NCBI GenBank assembly: GCA_963676795.2
Contig: CAXXTB010000001.1
Coordinates: 288,001-352,000 of the forward strand
Source: Geopsychrobacteraceae bacterium
Lineage (GTDB): Bacteria; Desulfobacterota; Desulfuromonadia; Desulfuromonadales; Geopsychrobacteraceae
DNA length: 64,000 bases
Direction of reading: 5' to 3'
Below the pieces are notes generated by a model. It saw only the letters and a program-made list of their open reading frames with translations, searched no databases and was not told the DNA's origin. Each line of letters starts with the position of its first letter. Positions within the stretch are counted from its first letter, which is position 1. The translations under genes and the position numbers were made by a program. This document shows, one piece after another, positions 17,780 to 27,552 of the stretch.

Positions 17780-19087
17780 TCACCAACTTGCCGACCAGGC
17801 CGGGTGGCTGTCCTGGGAGGTGCCGCTGGTGATCTGGCGGGCACCTGTACCATCGGCGCGCATGATCCAGATCGACTTGCGTCCCCCCTCATCCTGCGAA
17901 TAGATCAGGAAGCGGCCATCCGGGCTCCAGCGTGGATGCTCCTTGCTCCCCTCGCCGAAGGTCAGCTGCCGTTCATCGCTGCCATCCGGCCGGATGGTAA
18001 AGATGTCAAAGTGACCGTTCATCAGCCGGGCAAAAGCGATCAGCTCCTGCTTCGGATTCCACGCCGGGGTCGCGTTGTATTTCCCTTCATAGGTCAGGCG
18101 CCGGACATCGAGGCTGTGGATATCGAGAATAAAGACATATGGGTTGCCAAGCCGGTCGGAAACGAAAGCGATCTCATTCCCTTTCGGGCTCCAGGACGGA
18201 TCGACATCGATACTGTAATGATTGGTCAGCCGCTTGTGGATGGTGCCGTCGGTGCCGATCAGGTAGAGTTCCGAGTTGCCATCCCTGGACAGGGTCAGGG
18301 CAATCTCCCTGCCATCCGGACTGTAACGCCCGCCGATGTTCAGCCCCTCCTTGAGCGACAGACGCGATTCCCGGCCGGTATAGATCTCCTTACGGTAGAG
18401 ATCCGGATTATTATTGGCATAGGAGGTGAAAATAACCTCTTTACGGTTGGGCGAGAAGTCCGGGTTGAGGACGATGGAATTGTGGCTGGTCATGCGCACC
18501 GGATTGTGACCGTCAACATCCATCAGGTAGAGCTCCTTGCGCCCCGTCGCCTTGGAGATGTAGGCAATCCGTTTGGCGAAGGGCCCCTGCTCACCGGTCA
18601 ACTGTTGCAGAATCCGGTCGGCGAAGGTGTGGGCGATCAAACGGATATCGCTGATCTTTCCAGTGTACCTGTTACCGGTCAGCAGACGCTGGGAAACAAC
18701 ATCATAGAGACGCAGATCAACGGTGACATTATTCCCTGCGATCTGGTAGCCCCCCTTGATCAGGGTCTCGGCACCAAGGACACGCCACTGCTGAAAATCG
18801 ACATCGCTGCTGCGCAGCCCAAGCCTTGCGGCATCGCCGAGAAAGGCCTGCGGGTTGACCAGGTCGAACAGACCGGACAGTTCGAGGTCCCCCTGCAGAG
18901 TCGTGTCGAACTCTGCGGCCAGCCCCGTCTGAGCGGCTCCCATCGGCAGCAGCCGGGTCAGGGCCAGCGGAATGGTCTGTTCACCGGGAGCGCTGATCTC
19001 AATGCGGGCCGCCTGGGTCGAGACTGCGGTCAGCATCAGCACCACAGCCAGAACAAGGGTTTTGATCTTTACTCTGTAGAAACTCAT
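17780..19087 (-). CDS. tolB: TolB
   Basis: TolB N-domain plus PD40 repeats (PSWSP, PAWNP, PRWSPDG). Confidence 0.96.
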   Translation of the reverse strand: MSFYRVKIKTLVLAVVLMLTAVSTQAARIEISAPGEQTIPLALTRLLPMGAAQTGLAAEFDTTLQGDLELSGLFDLVNPQAFLGDAARLGLRSSDVDFQQWRVLGAETLIKGGYQIAGNNVTVDLRLYDVVSQRLLTGNRYTGKISDIRLIAHTFADRILQQLTGEQGPFAKRIAYISKATGRKELYLMDVDGHNPVRMTSHNSIVLNPDFSPNRKEVIFTSYANNNPDLYRKEIYTGRESRLSLKEGLNIGGRYSPDGREIALTLSRDGNSELYLIGTDGTIHKRLTNHYSIDVDPSWSPKGNEIAFVSDRLGNPYVFILDIHSLDVRRLTYEGKYNATPAWNPKQELIAFARLMNGHFDIFTIRPDGSDERQLTFGEGSKEHPRWSPDGRFLIYSQDEGGRKSIWIMRADGTGARQITSGTSQDSHPAWSASW

Positions 19088-19968
19088 TGTCTGTCCAACA
19101 TATCCTTCAGGTTAAAGATGACTTCAAACTCCGTCGCCTCGGGAAGCTCCTGGGGCAGCTGCCGGGACTTGGCAATCGCCCGGGTCAGTGACTCATCGAA
19201 GGCGTCGTTCCCCGATTTTTTGATGAATTTATAGTGCAGAAGAGTCCCCTGCCTGGAATAGCTCATCAGCACTTCGGCTTGCGGATTCCCGGCTGCCAGA
19301 TACTTTGAGAAACTCCAGTTCTGCTGAATAAACTCCTGAACATAGGCGATTGCTGAAACCCCGGCCTCATCCCCTTTGCCGTCCGCCATCCCAACCGGAG
19401 CATCCTTGACCGGCGATTCAAGCCGGGTGTCCTGGGCCAGCTGCGCCTTGAGAGCCGCGATACGCTCCTGACGGGCCTGCTCCTGGGCCTTCTGTTCCTG
19501 GGCTTCACGCATCTTTTTCAGCCGGTCTGCCAGGTTGTCCTCTGCCGCCTTGCTCGGTCCGGCGGGTTCGGGCTTTGGCGCTGGTTTAGGCGCAGGCTTG
19601 ACCGGTTCAGGTTTCGGTGCCGGTTTCGGCTTGGGCTGCGGCACAACCGGCTTGGGCTTGGGCGGAATCTTGACCGCTTCCGGTTTAGGCGCAGGAGTCG
19701 GTTTTGGAGCCGGTTTCGGTTGTGGCGCAGGCTTCGGCTTGGTCACAGTAGCTTCCGGTCGCCCGGCCTGGGGATTCTTGACGATCTTGTTGACCAGGTT
19801 GACCCGGTACACCGGTGGCTTCTCGACCTTGCGCTCGGGAAAGAACGGGGAATAATAGATGATCGGCACGAGCAGGTGGAGCAGCACCGAGATCACCAGC
19901 ATCCGCTTGAGTCCCGGCTCGATCGCTGATCTGAGCTGTCGTATGCGCTGTTTGCGTGAAGCTTCCAT
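19084..19968 (-). CDS. tolA: TolA/TonB-like energy transducer
   Basis: N-terminal S..LH TM, Pro-Lys linker, C-terminal SGNDAFD domain; position in operon. Confidence 0.85.
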   Translation of the reverse strand: MEASRKQRIRQLRSAIEPGLKRMLVISVLLHLLVPIIYYSPFFPERKVEKPPVYRVNLVNKIVKNPQAGRPEATVTKPKPAPQPKPAPKPTPAPKPEAVKIPPKPKPVVPQPKPKPAPKPEPVKPAPKPAPKPEPAGPSKAAEDNLADRLKKMREAQEQKAQEQARQERIAALKAQLAQDTRLESPVKDAPVGMADGKGDEAGVSAIAYVQEFIQQNWSFSKYLAAGNPQAEVLMSYSRQGTLLHYKFIKKSGNDAFDESLTRAIAKSRQLPQELPEATEFEVIFNLKDMLDRQ

Positions 19969-19978
19969 CGGCTTGTTA

Positions 19979-20401
19979 TCAGTCCTCAGGAAGTCGGGTC
20001 ACCATACCGAGTTTTTCCACGCCGGCTTTTTTCACAGCGGCCATGACCTGCACGACCCGACCGTAGGGGACCTTTTCGTCCGCTTCGAGAAAGACCTCGC
20101 GGTCCGGCTTGGTTTTCAGGGCCTGTTGAATGACCGGGCCGAGCTTGTCGACCTGGTCGACTGTTGCCTTGCCAATCAGGATCTTGCCGTTGCTCTGCAG
20201 GGTCACGACCAGCGGCTCCTGCTGAGCCGGCAGGCCTGGAGCTTCGGCAACCTGCGGCAGATCGACCTCGACCCCCTGCTCAAGCATCGGAGCGGTGACC
20301 ATGAAAATAATCAGCAGAACCAGCATGACGTCGACAAACGGCGTGACGTTGATCTGCGACAGGCTGCTGCGCCGGCCTCTGCCGGGCATCTCTGCGCCCA
20401 T
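19979..20401 (-). CDS. tolR: TolR
   Basis: INVTPFVDVMLVLLIIFMVTAP. Confidence 0.95.
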   Translation of the reverse strand: MGAEMPGRGRRSSLSQINVTPFVDVMLVLLIIFMVTAPMLEQGVEVDLPQVAEAPGLPAQQEPLVVTLQSNGKILIGKATVDQVDKLGPVIQQALKTKPDREVFLEADEKVPYGRVVQVMAAVKKAGVEKLGMVTRLPED

Positions 20402-20403
20402 TT

Positions 20404-21081
20404 TCAGCCCCTCCGGTCCAGATGCTCGACGATGTTGAGGAATTCCTGGCTGAAGTTATCCATCTCGCCGATCAGCACATTGACCTTGTTGAGGAAGTGG
20501 TTGTAGCCCATGACCGCCGGGATCGCTGCAGCCAGGCCGATGGCGGTGGCGATCAGCGCTTCGGAGATACCGGGAGCGACAACGGCGAGCGATGCGCTGC
20601 CCGAGGCGCCGATGCCGTGAAAGGCGTCCATGATCCCCCAGACGGTACCGAACAGGCCGATGAAAGGCGCCGTCGAACCTGTCGTCGCCAAAAAGGTCAG
20701 ATATTTTTCCAGGCGGTGGGTTTCCTGGGTCGTCGCCCGGCGCAGGGCGCGGTTGACGATCTCGGTCGTGCCCATCTTGGAAGAGAAATCACCCGGCTCA
20801 TGCTGCTCGCCGGCTTTCTTCTTCAGCTGCAGCATCTCATGGTAACCTTCACGGAACAGAACAGCGAGGGGCGTGGAATTGAAATCCTTGATCCCCTGGC
20901 CGATCAGGTCGAAGCGCTTCTTGGTCCAGAAGAATTCGAGAAAACGATCCGATTCCTTGATCGCTTTCTGAATGATGGTGGCCTTGTAGAAGATGATGGC
21001 CCAGGAGACCAGGGAAAAGTAGACAAGTATCAACAGGACCAGCTTGACCACCGGTCCGGCATTCAGCACCAACTCAAACAA
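20404..21081 (-). CDS. tolQ: TolQ
   Basis: APFIGLFGTVWGIM, PGISEALIATAIGL; TTG start after AGGAG (track start 21099). Confidence 0.95.
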   Translation of the reverse strand: MFELVLNAGPVVKLVLLILVYFSLVSWAIIFYKATIIQKAIKESDRFLEFFWTKKRFDLIGQGIKDFNSTPLAVLFREGYHEMLQLKKKAGEQHEPGDFSSKMGTTEIVNRALRRATTQETHRLEKYLTFLATTGSTAPFIGLFGTVWGIMDAFHGIGASGSASLAVVAPGISEALIATAIGLAAAIPAVMGYNHFLNKVNVLIGEMDNFSQEFLNIVEHLDRRG

Positions 21082-21170
21082 GGTATTTCTCCTTTTCAAT
21101 TAATGAGGATTCGACAACCATCCTACATTCTTTCGAACAGGCCAGATTATCCGGCAGCTGCAATGAACTG

Positions 21171-21866
21171 TCAAGCCAACAAAGCATAGAGCTTCTCCTT
21201 GATGAACCTTGCTGTTTCTGACGCTGGACTGCGGTCGAGCAGTTCCGTCAAAGATTGATGATCATCCAGATCCGACCAGTTCTTGAGCAATTTCACAGTC
21301 AGATTCAATTGTTCTGCGAGTTCACAACTCTGCTGCAAGACCTCTGGGGTACTCCAGCTGACGTCGCAGAACAGTTCCGGGTGATGCGCGCTCAGGCCGA
21401 TCAGATAATAGCCGCCATCTTCTGCCGGACCAAACACCACATCTCTGGAGCTGAGGCCCTCAAAAGCCTGATCCAGACAATCGAGCGGCAGGTCAGGCGT
21501 ATCGCTGCCGATCAGCAGCACCTGCTCAACTCCCTCGCTGAACAGAACGCTGAAGGCATTGGTCATTCTTTCGCCAAGATCCTTTCCGTGCTGCGCCTGC
21601 AAGCGGACAGCGGGAAAGGCCTCAGCAAACCAGCATCGATCTCCGCTGTAAAAGATCACGGGCTGATATTCGCCGCGGGAAGCAACACGTGTCACCGTCT
21701 CACGCAAAGAAACCTGATAAAGATCTGCGGCAGATGGAAAATCGAGGGGAGGGCAGAGTCGGGTTTTGACCTGTCCGGCAACCGGCTGTTTGGCGAATAT
21801 GCCAATAACCCGTTTTTCACCAGAATTTTCCGAAAACTTATCCACCTCGTCAACAGAGTTATCCAC
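21171..21866 (-). CDS. CofC-like transferase, TIGR04282/DUF2064 family
   Basis: FAKQPVAGQVKTRL, DLGERM, IGSDTP, GPAEDGGYYLIG. Confidence 0.88.
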   Translation of the reverse strand: MDNSVDEVDKFSENSGEKRVIGIFAKQPVAGQVKTRLCPPLDFPSAADLYQVSLRETVTRVASRGEYQPVIFYSGDRCWFAEAFPAVRLQAQHGKDLGERMTNAFSVLFSEGVEQVLLIGSDTPDLPLDCLDQAFEGLSSRDVVFGPAEDGGYYLIGLSAHHPELFCDVSWSTPEVLQQSCELAEQLNLTVKLLKNWSDLDDHQSLTELLDRSPASETARFIKEKLYALLA

Positions 21867-21867
21867 A
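21838..21867 (+). promoter_or_regulatory. DnaA-box pair
   Basis: TTATCCACC 21838-21846 and perfect TTATCCACA 21859-21867. Confidence 0.55.
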
Positions 21868-21875
21868 GGCAGGCT

Positions 21876-22640
21876 CTAGGCTTCCTCGATCATGGCATAG
21901 GCTGAATGATTATGGATCGATTCAAAGTTCTCGCACTGCACCTTGAACCAGGTGATCTGCTTGATACTGCGCAGCTTTTCCGTCACCGCCCGGACCATAT
22001 CCTCGACAAACATCGGGTTGTCATAGGCCTGTTCGGTGACCGCCTTTTCGTCTTCACGCTTGAGCAGCGGAAAGACCGGACAGCTGGAACAGGCTTCGAC
22101 CCAGGCAATCAGGTCCTCGAGCCAGATATGCTCCTCGTAGCGGATCTGCACTGTCACCAGACTTCGCTGGTTATGGGCACCGCGCTCACTGATCTCCTTG
22201 GAACAGGGGCAGAGCGAGGTGACCGGAATCTGCGCCTCGAGGACAAAATCGTAGGCGTCGCCCAGGGTACCGAGCATCCGGCACTGGTAATCGAGCAGAC
22301 TGCGGGCCCCTGAGACCGGGGCCTGTTTCTCGATGAAATAGGGGAACGACAGCTCCAGGTGAGCGCGTCCGGCGCCGAGCCGCTGTTTCATCTCGACCAG
22401 GATCGCTTCCAGGTTCTCGACGCTGATCTCGCCGTGGTAGAGGTTCAGAACCTCAATAAAGCGGCTCATGTGCGTCCCCTTGAAATGTTCCGGCAAATCG
22501 ACGTACATGTTGACCCGGGCGACGGTATGCTGGCGTTCGTTGAGCTTGTCGAGCACAACGATCGGGTAGCGGATATCCTTGACCCCGACCTTGTCGATGG
22601 CGATGTTGCGCGTATCGCGGCTCTGCTGCATATCGGGCAT
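21876..22640 (-). CDS. folE2: GTP cyclohydrolase I type 2
   Basis: PDMQ start, KGTHMSRF, TSLCPCSKEIS..GAHNQRS, ESIHNHSAYA (alternative start 22679). Confidence 0.95.
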   Translation of the reverse strand: MPDMQQSRDTRNIAIDKVGVKDIRYPIVVLDKLNERQHTVARVNMYVDLPEHFKGTHMSRFIEVLNLYHGEISVENLEAILVEMKQRLGAGRAHLELSFPYFIEKQAPVSGARSLLDYQCRMLGTLGDAYDFVLEAQIPVTSLCPCSKEISERGAHNQRSLVTVQIRYEEHIWLEDLIAWVEACSSCPVFPLLKREDEKAVTEQAYDNPMFVEDMVRAVTEKLRSIKQITWFKVQCENFESIHNHSAYAMIEEA

Positions 22641-22665
22641 CGCCGTTTTGCGCGGCTGTGACGAC

Positions 22666-23343
22666 TTATCTGTTGGCATAGGGAACGGGATCCTCCAGGC
22701 CGGCTTCGGCAAAACCTTTGAGACGCAGACGACAGGAATCACACTCTCCGCAGGAGAGCCCTTCGGGCGTCGGGTCGTAACAGGAATGGGTCAGGGCGTA
22801 GTCGACACCGAGTGCAACCCCCTGCCTGATCGTCTCGGCTTTGGTCAGGTGAATCAGCGGCGTGTGAATCCTGTAGGGATCCCCTTCGACGCCGGCCTTG
22901 GTTGCCAGGTTGGCCATCTTTTCAAAGGCCTCGATAAACTCGGGACGGCAGTCGGGATAGCCGGAATAGTCGAGGGCGTTGACGCCGATGAAGATATCGG
23001 AGGCGCCGAGCACCTCGGCCCAGCCCAGGGCGAAGGAGAGGAAGATGGTGTTGCGCGCCGGCACGTAGGTGATCGGAATGGCGTCTTCCTCGACCCCGGT
23101 CTTGGGGACGTCGATATCGGCGGTCAGGGCGCTGCCGCCCATCTTGCGCAGGTCGATATCAACCACCATGTGATCCTTGGCGCCGATCAGCGGGGCATAA
23201 TCCCTGGCCTTCTGCAATTCGACCGAGTGACGCTGACCGTAGGCGAAGCTTAGGGCGTAGGCCTCGAATCCCTGACTGCGGGCAATCGCCATACAGGTTG
23301 TCGAATCAAGCCCACCACTGTAGAGAACAACGGCTTTTTTCAT
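22666..23343 (-). CDS. queC: 7-cyano-7-deazaguanine synthase
   Basis: [27 protein letters not shown]. Confidence 0.97.
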   Translation of the reverse strand: MKKAVVLYSGGLDSTTCMAIARSQGFEAYALSFAYGQRHSVELQKARDYAPLIGAKDHMVVDIDLRKMGGSALTADIDVPKTGVEEDAIPITYVPARNTIFLSFALGWAEVLGASDIFIGVNALDYSGYPDCRPEFIEAFEKMANLATKAGVEGDPYRIHTPLIHLTKAETIRQGVALGVDYALTHSCYDPTPEGLSCGECDSCRLRLKGFAEAGLEDPVPYANR

Positions 23344-23565
23344 CTAAAGAGTCCTTGATTAAAACAATTGCAAATCAAACATCCTGCGAGAATAGGCCGA
23401 ACCCCTTCAAGGGTCAAGCCCAGAAGGGGCTTCGCATGTTAAGTTACGGTAAAATCGTCATTCATCCAAACTCCCGGCCTTTCAGAGCTGTTGCCCAAGC
23501 TCTGCCGTCATGCTATAAAAATCACTCTGTTTTCCAACCCGAAGCATGTACGGTTATAAATTCAT

Positions 23566-25989
23566 ATGAAAAGTCTGCTCAGATACCTGCTGTTCGCCTG
23601 CATCGGCCTGCCTCTGCTCGGTTGTGCCCTGCTGATCGGCGCCTACTTCTACGTCTCTTCGACACTCCCCAGGGTCGAAACTCTGTCCGACTACCGGCCG
23701 CCGCTGAGCACCCAGATCCGCGCCGACGACGGTCAGATCATCGCCGAATACTCGCGGGAACGGCGGATTCTCGTACCCTACGACAAAATCCCCAAAACCC
23801 TGATCCAGGCCTTTGTCTCTGCGGAAGATTCCAACTTCTTCAAGCATAAGGGGATCGATTTCATCTCGATCGCCCGAGCGGCCCTGAAAAACGTCAAGGC
23901 GGGTGGCATCGCCCAGGGGGGAAGTACCATCACCCAGCAGGTTGCCAAAAAGATGCTGCTGACCTCCGAGCGGACCTTCAGCCGTAAATTCAAGGAAGCG
24001 ATCCTCGCCTGGCGTATGGAAAAACATCTGACCAAGGAAGAGATTCTCTATCTCTACCTCAACCAGATCTACCTCGGTCACCGCGCCTACGGCGTCGAGG
24101 CTGCGGCGCAGAACTACTTCGACAAGAATGTCGACCAGCTGACCCTCGCCGAATCGGCAATTCTCGCCGGTCTGCCCCAGGCCCCGAGCCGCTATTCCCC
24201 TTACAGCCACCTCGATCGCGCCAGGGAACGCCAGAAGTACGTGCTCGCCCGCATGGTCGAAGAAGGCTACATCACGCCGAACGAACGGCAACAGGCCCTG
24301 GTCCAGGAACTGACCATCAAGCCGCGCCTCAACAACCTGATGGATATCACCGCCTATTTCAATGAACAGGTGCGCCGTTACCTGGAGGAACGTTACGGCG
24401 AGGATATTCTCTACACCGGCGGACTGCAGGTCGAAACGACCATCAACCTGAAGATGCAGCAAGCCGCCGAAACGGCGGTCAAGGAGAACCTGAGAAATCA
24501 CGACAAACGCCAGGGCTACCGCGGACCGGCTATCGTCCTCGACCAGCAGGCGCAGCAGGAATTCTTTGCCAACCAGCTGGAACAGTTTGAAAAAGATCCG
24601 CTGACCGCTGGCGGCTTCAGCCAGGCGGTGGTCACCGGCAGCGATGGCGATAACCTGTTGTGCCGGGTCGGCGACCAAAAGGGCGTTATTTCACTCAAGG
24701 AGAGCCGCTGGGCGGGGCCGATCGAAATCGTCGAGAACCCCGAGCTGGCATCGGGTAATATCGCCAGTGACGAAAGCAAGGAGCAGGCCGTCACTCATCT
24801 GCCGCTCGGTTCGGTCATCGATGTGCGCATTCTTGATCTCGCCAGCCAGCCGCTCAAACTGAGCCTCGAACAGGAACCGCTGGCCCAGAGCGCCCTGATT
24901 GCCGTCAACCCGCACAATGGCCAGATCAAGGCGATGGTCGGCGGATACGACTTCAACAAGAGCCAGTTCAACCGGGCGATTCAGGCCAGGCGTCTGCCCG
25001 GCTCGGCGATGAAACCGATCATCTACGCCGCAGCCCTCGACCACGGCTACACCCCGGCGAGCGTCATCCTCGACACGCCACTGATCTACGAAAACCTCAA
25101 GGAGGAAAACGGCGAGCAGGAGCTGGAGGAGTGGAAACCGAAAAACTACGAGAAGCATTTTTACGGCCCGACCAGCTTCAGGGAAGCGCTGACCCATTCG
25201 CGCAACGTCGTTACCATCAAGATCCTCGAGGATATCGGCATCCGTTATGCCGCCAATTACGCCAAGAAGCTGGGGATCACCACGCCGCTGCAGCGCGATC
25301 TGTCGATGGCTCTCGGCTCAACGGCCCTGACCCCGCTGGAACTGCTGAGCACCTACTCGGTGTTCGCCAACGGCGGTGTGCTGATCAAACCGACCTACAT
25401 CACCCGCATCAGGGACCGTGACGGACGGATTCTCGAATCGGTCGATCCGGCCGATTTCCCCAACGGCATGGCGGCTGATCAGCACCTGATCGAGGCCGCG
25501 CCGCGCCGGGTCATCTCGCCGGAAACCGCCTACCTGATCACCAACGTCATGGAGAGTGTCGTGCAGAACGGAACCGGCCGCGGGGCACGGGCCATCGGTC
25601 GTCCTTCCGCCGGCAAGACCGGCACTACCAACGACCTCAAGGACGCCTGGTACATCGGCTACATTCCGCAGCTGGCCTGCGTCTCCTGGACCGGTTACGA
25701 CCAGGAGCGCCCCTTGGGCAGCAAGGAGACCGGCGCCAGGGCGGCACTACCGGCCTGGGTCAGCTTCATGAAGGCCGCCAGCCAGCAATACCCGGTGGAA
25801 AACTTCCCGGTTCCGGATAGCATCGAATTCCACCCGATCAACCCCAAGGACGGATTGCTGGTCACCGAAACGGACAAACGGGCTTACATCGAAGCCTTTG
25901 CTCCGGGAACCGCGCCGACCCGCACCAGCGAAGATGAACAGCTCAAAGCGCGCGACTTCTTCCGGCTCGATCTGGAAGGGCAGCTCTGA
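23566..25989 (+). CDS. mrcA: Class A penicillin-binding protein 1A
   Basis: EDSNF, GGSTITQQ, RKFKE transglycosylase motifs; SAMK, SRN, KTG transpeptidase motifs. Confidence 0.95.
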   Translation: MKSLLRYLLFACIGLPLLGCALLIGAYFYVSSTLPRVETLSDYRPPLSTQIRADDGQIIAEYSRERRILVPYDKIPKTLIQAFVSAEDSNFFKHKGIDFISIARAALKNVKAGGIAQGGSTITQQVAKKMLLTSERTFSRKFKEAILAWRMEKHLTKEEILYLYLNQIYLGHRAYGVEAAAQNYFDKNVDQLTLAESAILAGLPQAPSRYSPYSHLDRARERQKYVLARMVEEGYITPNERQQALVQELTIKPRLNNLMDITAYFNEQVRRYLEERYGEDILYTGGLQVETTINLKMQQAAETAVKENLRNHDKRQGYRGPAIVLDQQAQQEFFANQLEQFEKDPLTAGGFSQAVVTGSDGDNLLCRVGDQKGVISLKESRWAGPIEIVENPELASGNIASDESKEQAVTHLPLGSVIDVRILDLASQPLKLSLEQEPLAQSALIAVNPHNGQIKAMVGGYDFNKSQFNRAIQARRLPGSAMKPIIYAAALDHGYTPASVILDTPLIYENLKEENGEQELEEWKPKNYEKHFYGPTSFREALTHSRNVVTIKILEDIGIRYAANYAKKLGITTPLQRDLSMALGSTALTPLELLSTYSVFANGGVLIKPTYITRIRDRDGRILESVDPADFPNGMAADQHLIEAAPRRVISPETAYLITNVMESVVQNGTGRGARAIGRPSAGKTGTTNDLKDAWYIGYIPQLACVSWTGYDQERPLGSKETGARAALPAWVSFMKAASQQYPVENFPVPDSIEFHPINPKDGLLVTETDKRAYIEAFAPGTAPTRTSEDEQLKARDFFRLDLEGQL

Positions 25990-26007
25990 GCAACCGGTTT
26001 TCAAAAC

Positions 26008-26043
26008 GCAAAAAGGCCATCCGTTTCCGGATGGCCTTTTTGC
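26008..26043. terminator. Bidirectional terminator
   Basis: gcaaaaaggccatccg-tttc-cggatggcctttttgc between convergent genes. Confidence 0.88.
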
Positions 26044-26061
26044 GTATATTTCGTTTACCAG

Positions 26062-26736
26062 CTACCCTTTTGACTCCTGCTGGTCCACGCCATGGCGAAC
26101 GATTTCCCCTTCGATCTGGTAGATGACATCCTCGGCGATATTGGTCGCCAGATCCCCCATTCTTTCCAGGTAGCGGGAAACCGACAGGAAGTGCAGCAGC
26201 ACTTCCGTCATTTGCGGATTGTCGATGATCGCTTTCCTGATGATGACAAAGTTCTGCCGGTGAATCTGGTCGACCGGATCGTCCATCTCGATGGCCTGAT
26301 GGGCCAGCTCAGAGTCTGTTTTCATCAGCGCGTCGAGTGCGGTGCGCAGCATCTCCTTGACCTTATTGCCCATCGCCTCAACATCATAGGGGCTTTCCGG
26401 GCACATGATCCTGCTCAGGTCGATGGCCCGCTCGGCGATACTGCAGGCATGATCGGCCATGCGCTCAAGGTCATTGTTGATCTTGAGCACCGAAACGATA
26501 AAGCGCAGATCATGAGCCACCGGCTGATGAAGTGCGAGAACCTTGAGACAATCCTCTTCAAGTTCAACTTCCATCAGGTCGATCTTATCGTCATCCTTGC
26601 GGACCGAATCGGCCAGGGTCTTATCACAGGTCAGCAGAGCCTGAACCGCTTTCTGCACCTGTTCCTCAACCTCGGCACTCAGAGTCAACAGGCTTTTTTT
26701 CAGTTTATCCAGTTCAGCCTGAATCAGTACAGCCAT
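26062..26736 (-). CDS. phoU: Phosphate signalling protein PhoU
   Basis: QPVAHDLR, DLERMAD, LERMGDLATNIAE. Confidence 0.96.
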   Translation of the reverse strand: MAVLIQAELDKLKKSLLTLSAEVEEQVQKAVQALLTCDKTLADSVRKDDDKIDLMEVELEEDCLKVLALHQPVAHDLRFIVSVLKINNDLERMADHACSIAERAIDLSRIMCPESPYDVEAMGNKVKEMLRTALDALMKTDSELAHQAIEMDDPVDQIHRQNFVIIRKAIIDNPQMTEVLLHFLSVSRYLERMGDLATNIAEDVIYQIEGEIVRHGVDQQESKG

Positions 26737-26762
26737 AGTCGTATTCCTTTCCAGTTATCAAA

Positions 26763-27539
26763 TTAACCGAAACGTCCGGTGATGTAATCTTCGGTCTGCT
26801 TGTTCTTCGGCTTGACGAACAGCTCATTGGTCTGGCCGTATTCGATCAGGTTCCCCTCGAAAAGGAACGCCGTATAATCGGAGACCCGGGCCGCCTGCTG
26901 CATATTGTGGGTGACGATGATGATGGTAAATTCGTCACGCAGCTCACCGATCAGCTCTTCGACACGGGCTGTCGACTTGGGATCAAGAGCCGAGCAGGGC
27001 TCGTCCATCAGGATGACCCGCGGATTGACCGCAATGGCGCGGGCGATACAGAGTCGCTGCATCTGACCACCGGAGAGCCCCAGAGCACTCTGATGCAGGC
27101 GATCCTTGACCTCATCCCAGAGGGCCGCCCCTTTGAGACTGGTCTCAACCCGCTCGTCGAGCAGTTTCTTGTCCTTTTCGCCGGCGATGCGCAGGCCGTA
27201 GATGACGTTTTCATAGATCGATTTCGGAAACGGGTTCGACTTCTGGAAGACCATACCGACCCGGCGGCGCAGTTCGATGATATCGGTATTGCGCTCGTAG
27301 ATATTCTGGCCGTCGAGCAGAACCTCACCTTCCACGCGGGAGCCATCGATCAGATCGTTCATCCGGTTGAAACAGCGCAGCAGGGTACTCTTGCCGCAGC
27401 CGGACGGTCCGATCAGCGCGGTAACCTGCTTCTCCGGAAAAGCGATGTCGACGCCATGGATGGCCCGGGCATCACCCGGATAGAAAAAGCGCAGATCGTT
27501 AACCTTGATAATTGGGTTTTCAATATTCACATCAGTCAT
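26763..27539 (-). CDS. pstB: Phosphate ABC transporter ATPase
   Basis: [34 protein letters not shown]. Confidence 0.97.
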   Translation of the reverse strand: MTDVNIENPIIKVNDLRFFYPGDARAIHGVDIAFPEKQVTALIGPSGCGKSTLLRCFNRMNDLIDGSRVEGEVLLDGQNIYERNTDIIELRRRVGMVFQKSNPFPKSIYENVIYGLRIAGEKDKKLLDERVETSLKGAALWDEVKDRLHQSALGLSGGQMQRLCIARAIAVNPRVILMDEPCSALDPKSTARVEELIGELRDEFTIIIVTHNMQQAARVSDYTAFLFEGNLIEYGQTNELFVKPKNKQTEDYITGRFG

Positions 27540-27552
27540 CGTCGTCCGACTC

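Noticed and set aside
17699..19234. 511-aa plus-strand ORF, and similar long antisense ORFs over pstA, pstC, PBP1A, the porin and phoA
   Set aside because: Antisense shadows of well-supported genes, expected from GC-rich codon bias; no recognisable motifs
19560..19745. Short tandem-like repeats (ggtttcggc, ggcttgggc)
   Set aside because: They encode the Pro-Lys linker of TolA; not a CRISPR or DNA repeat array
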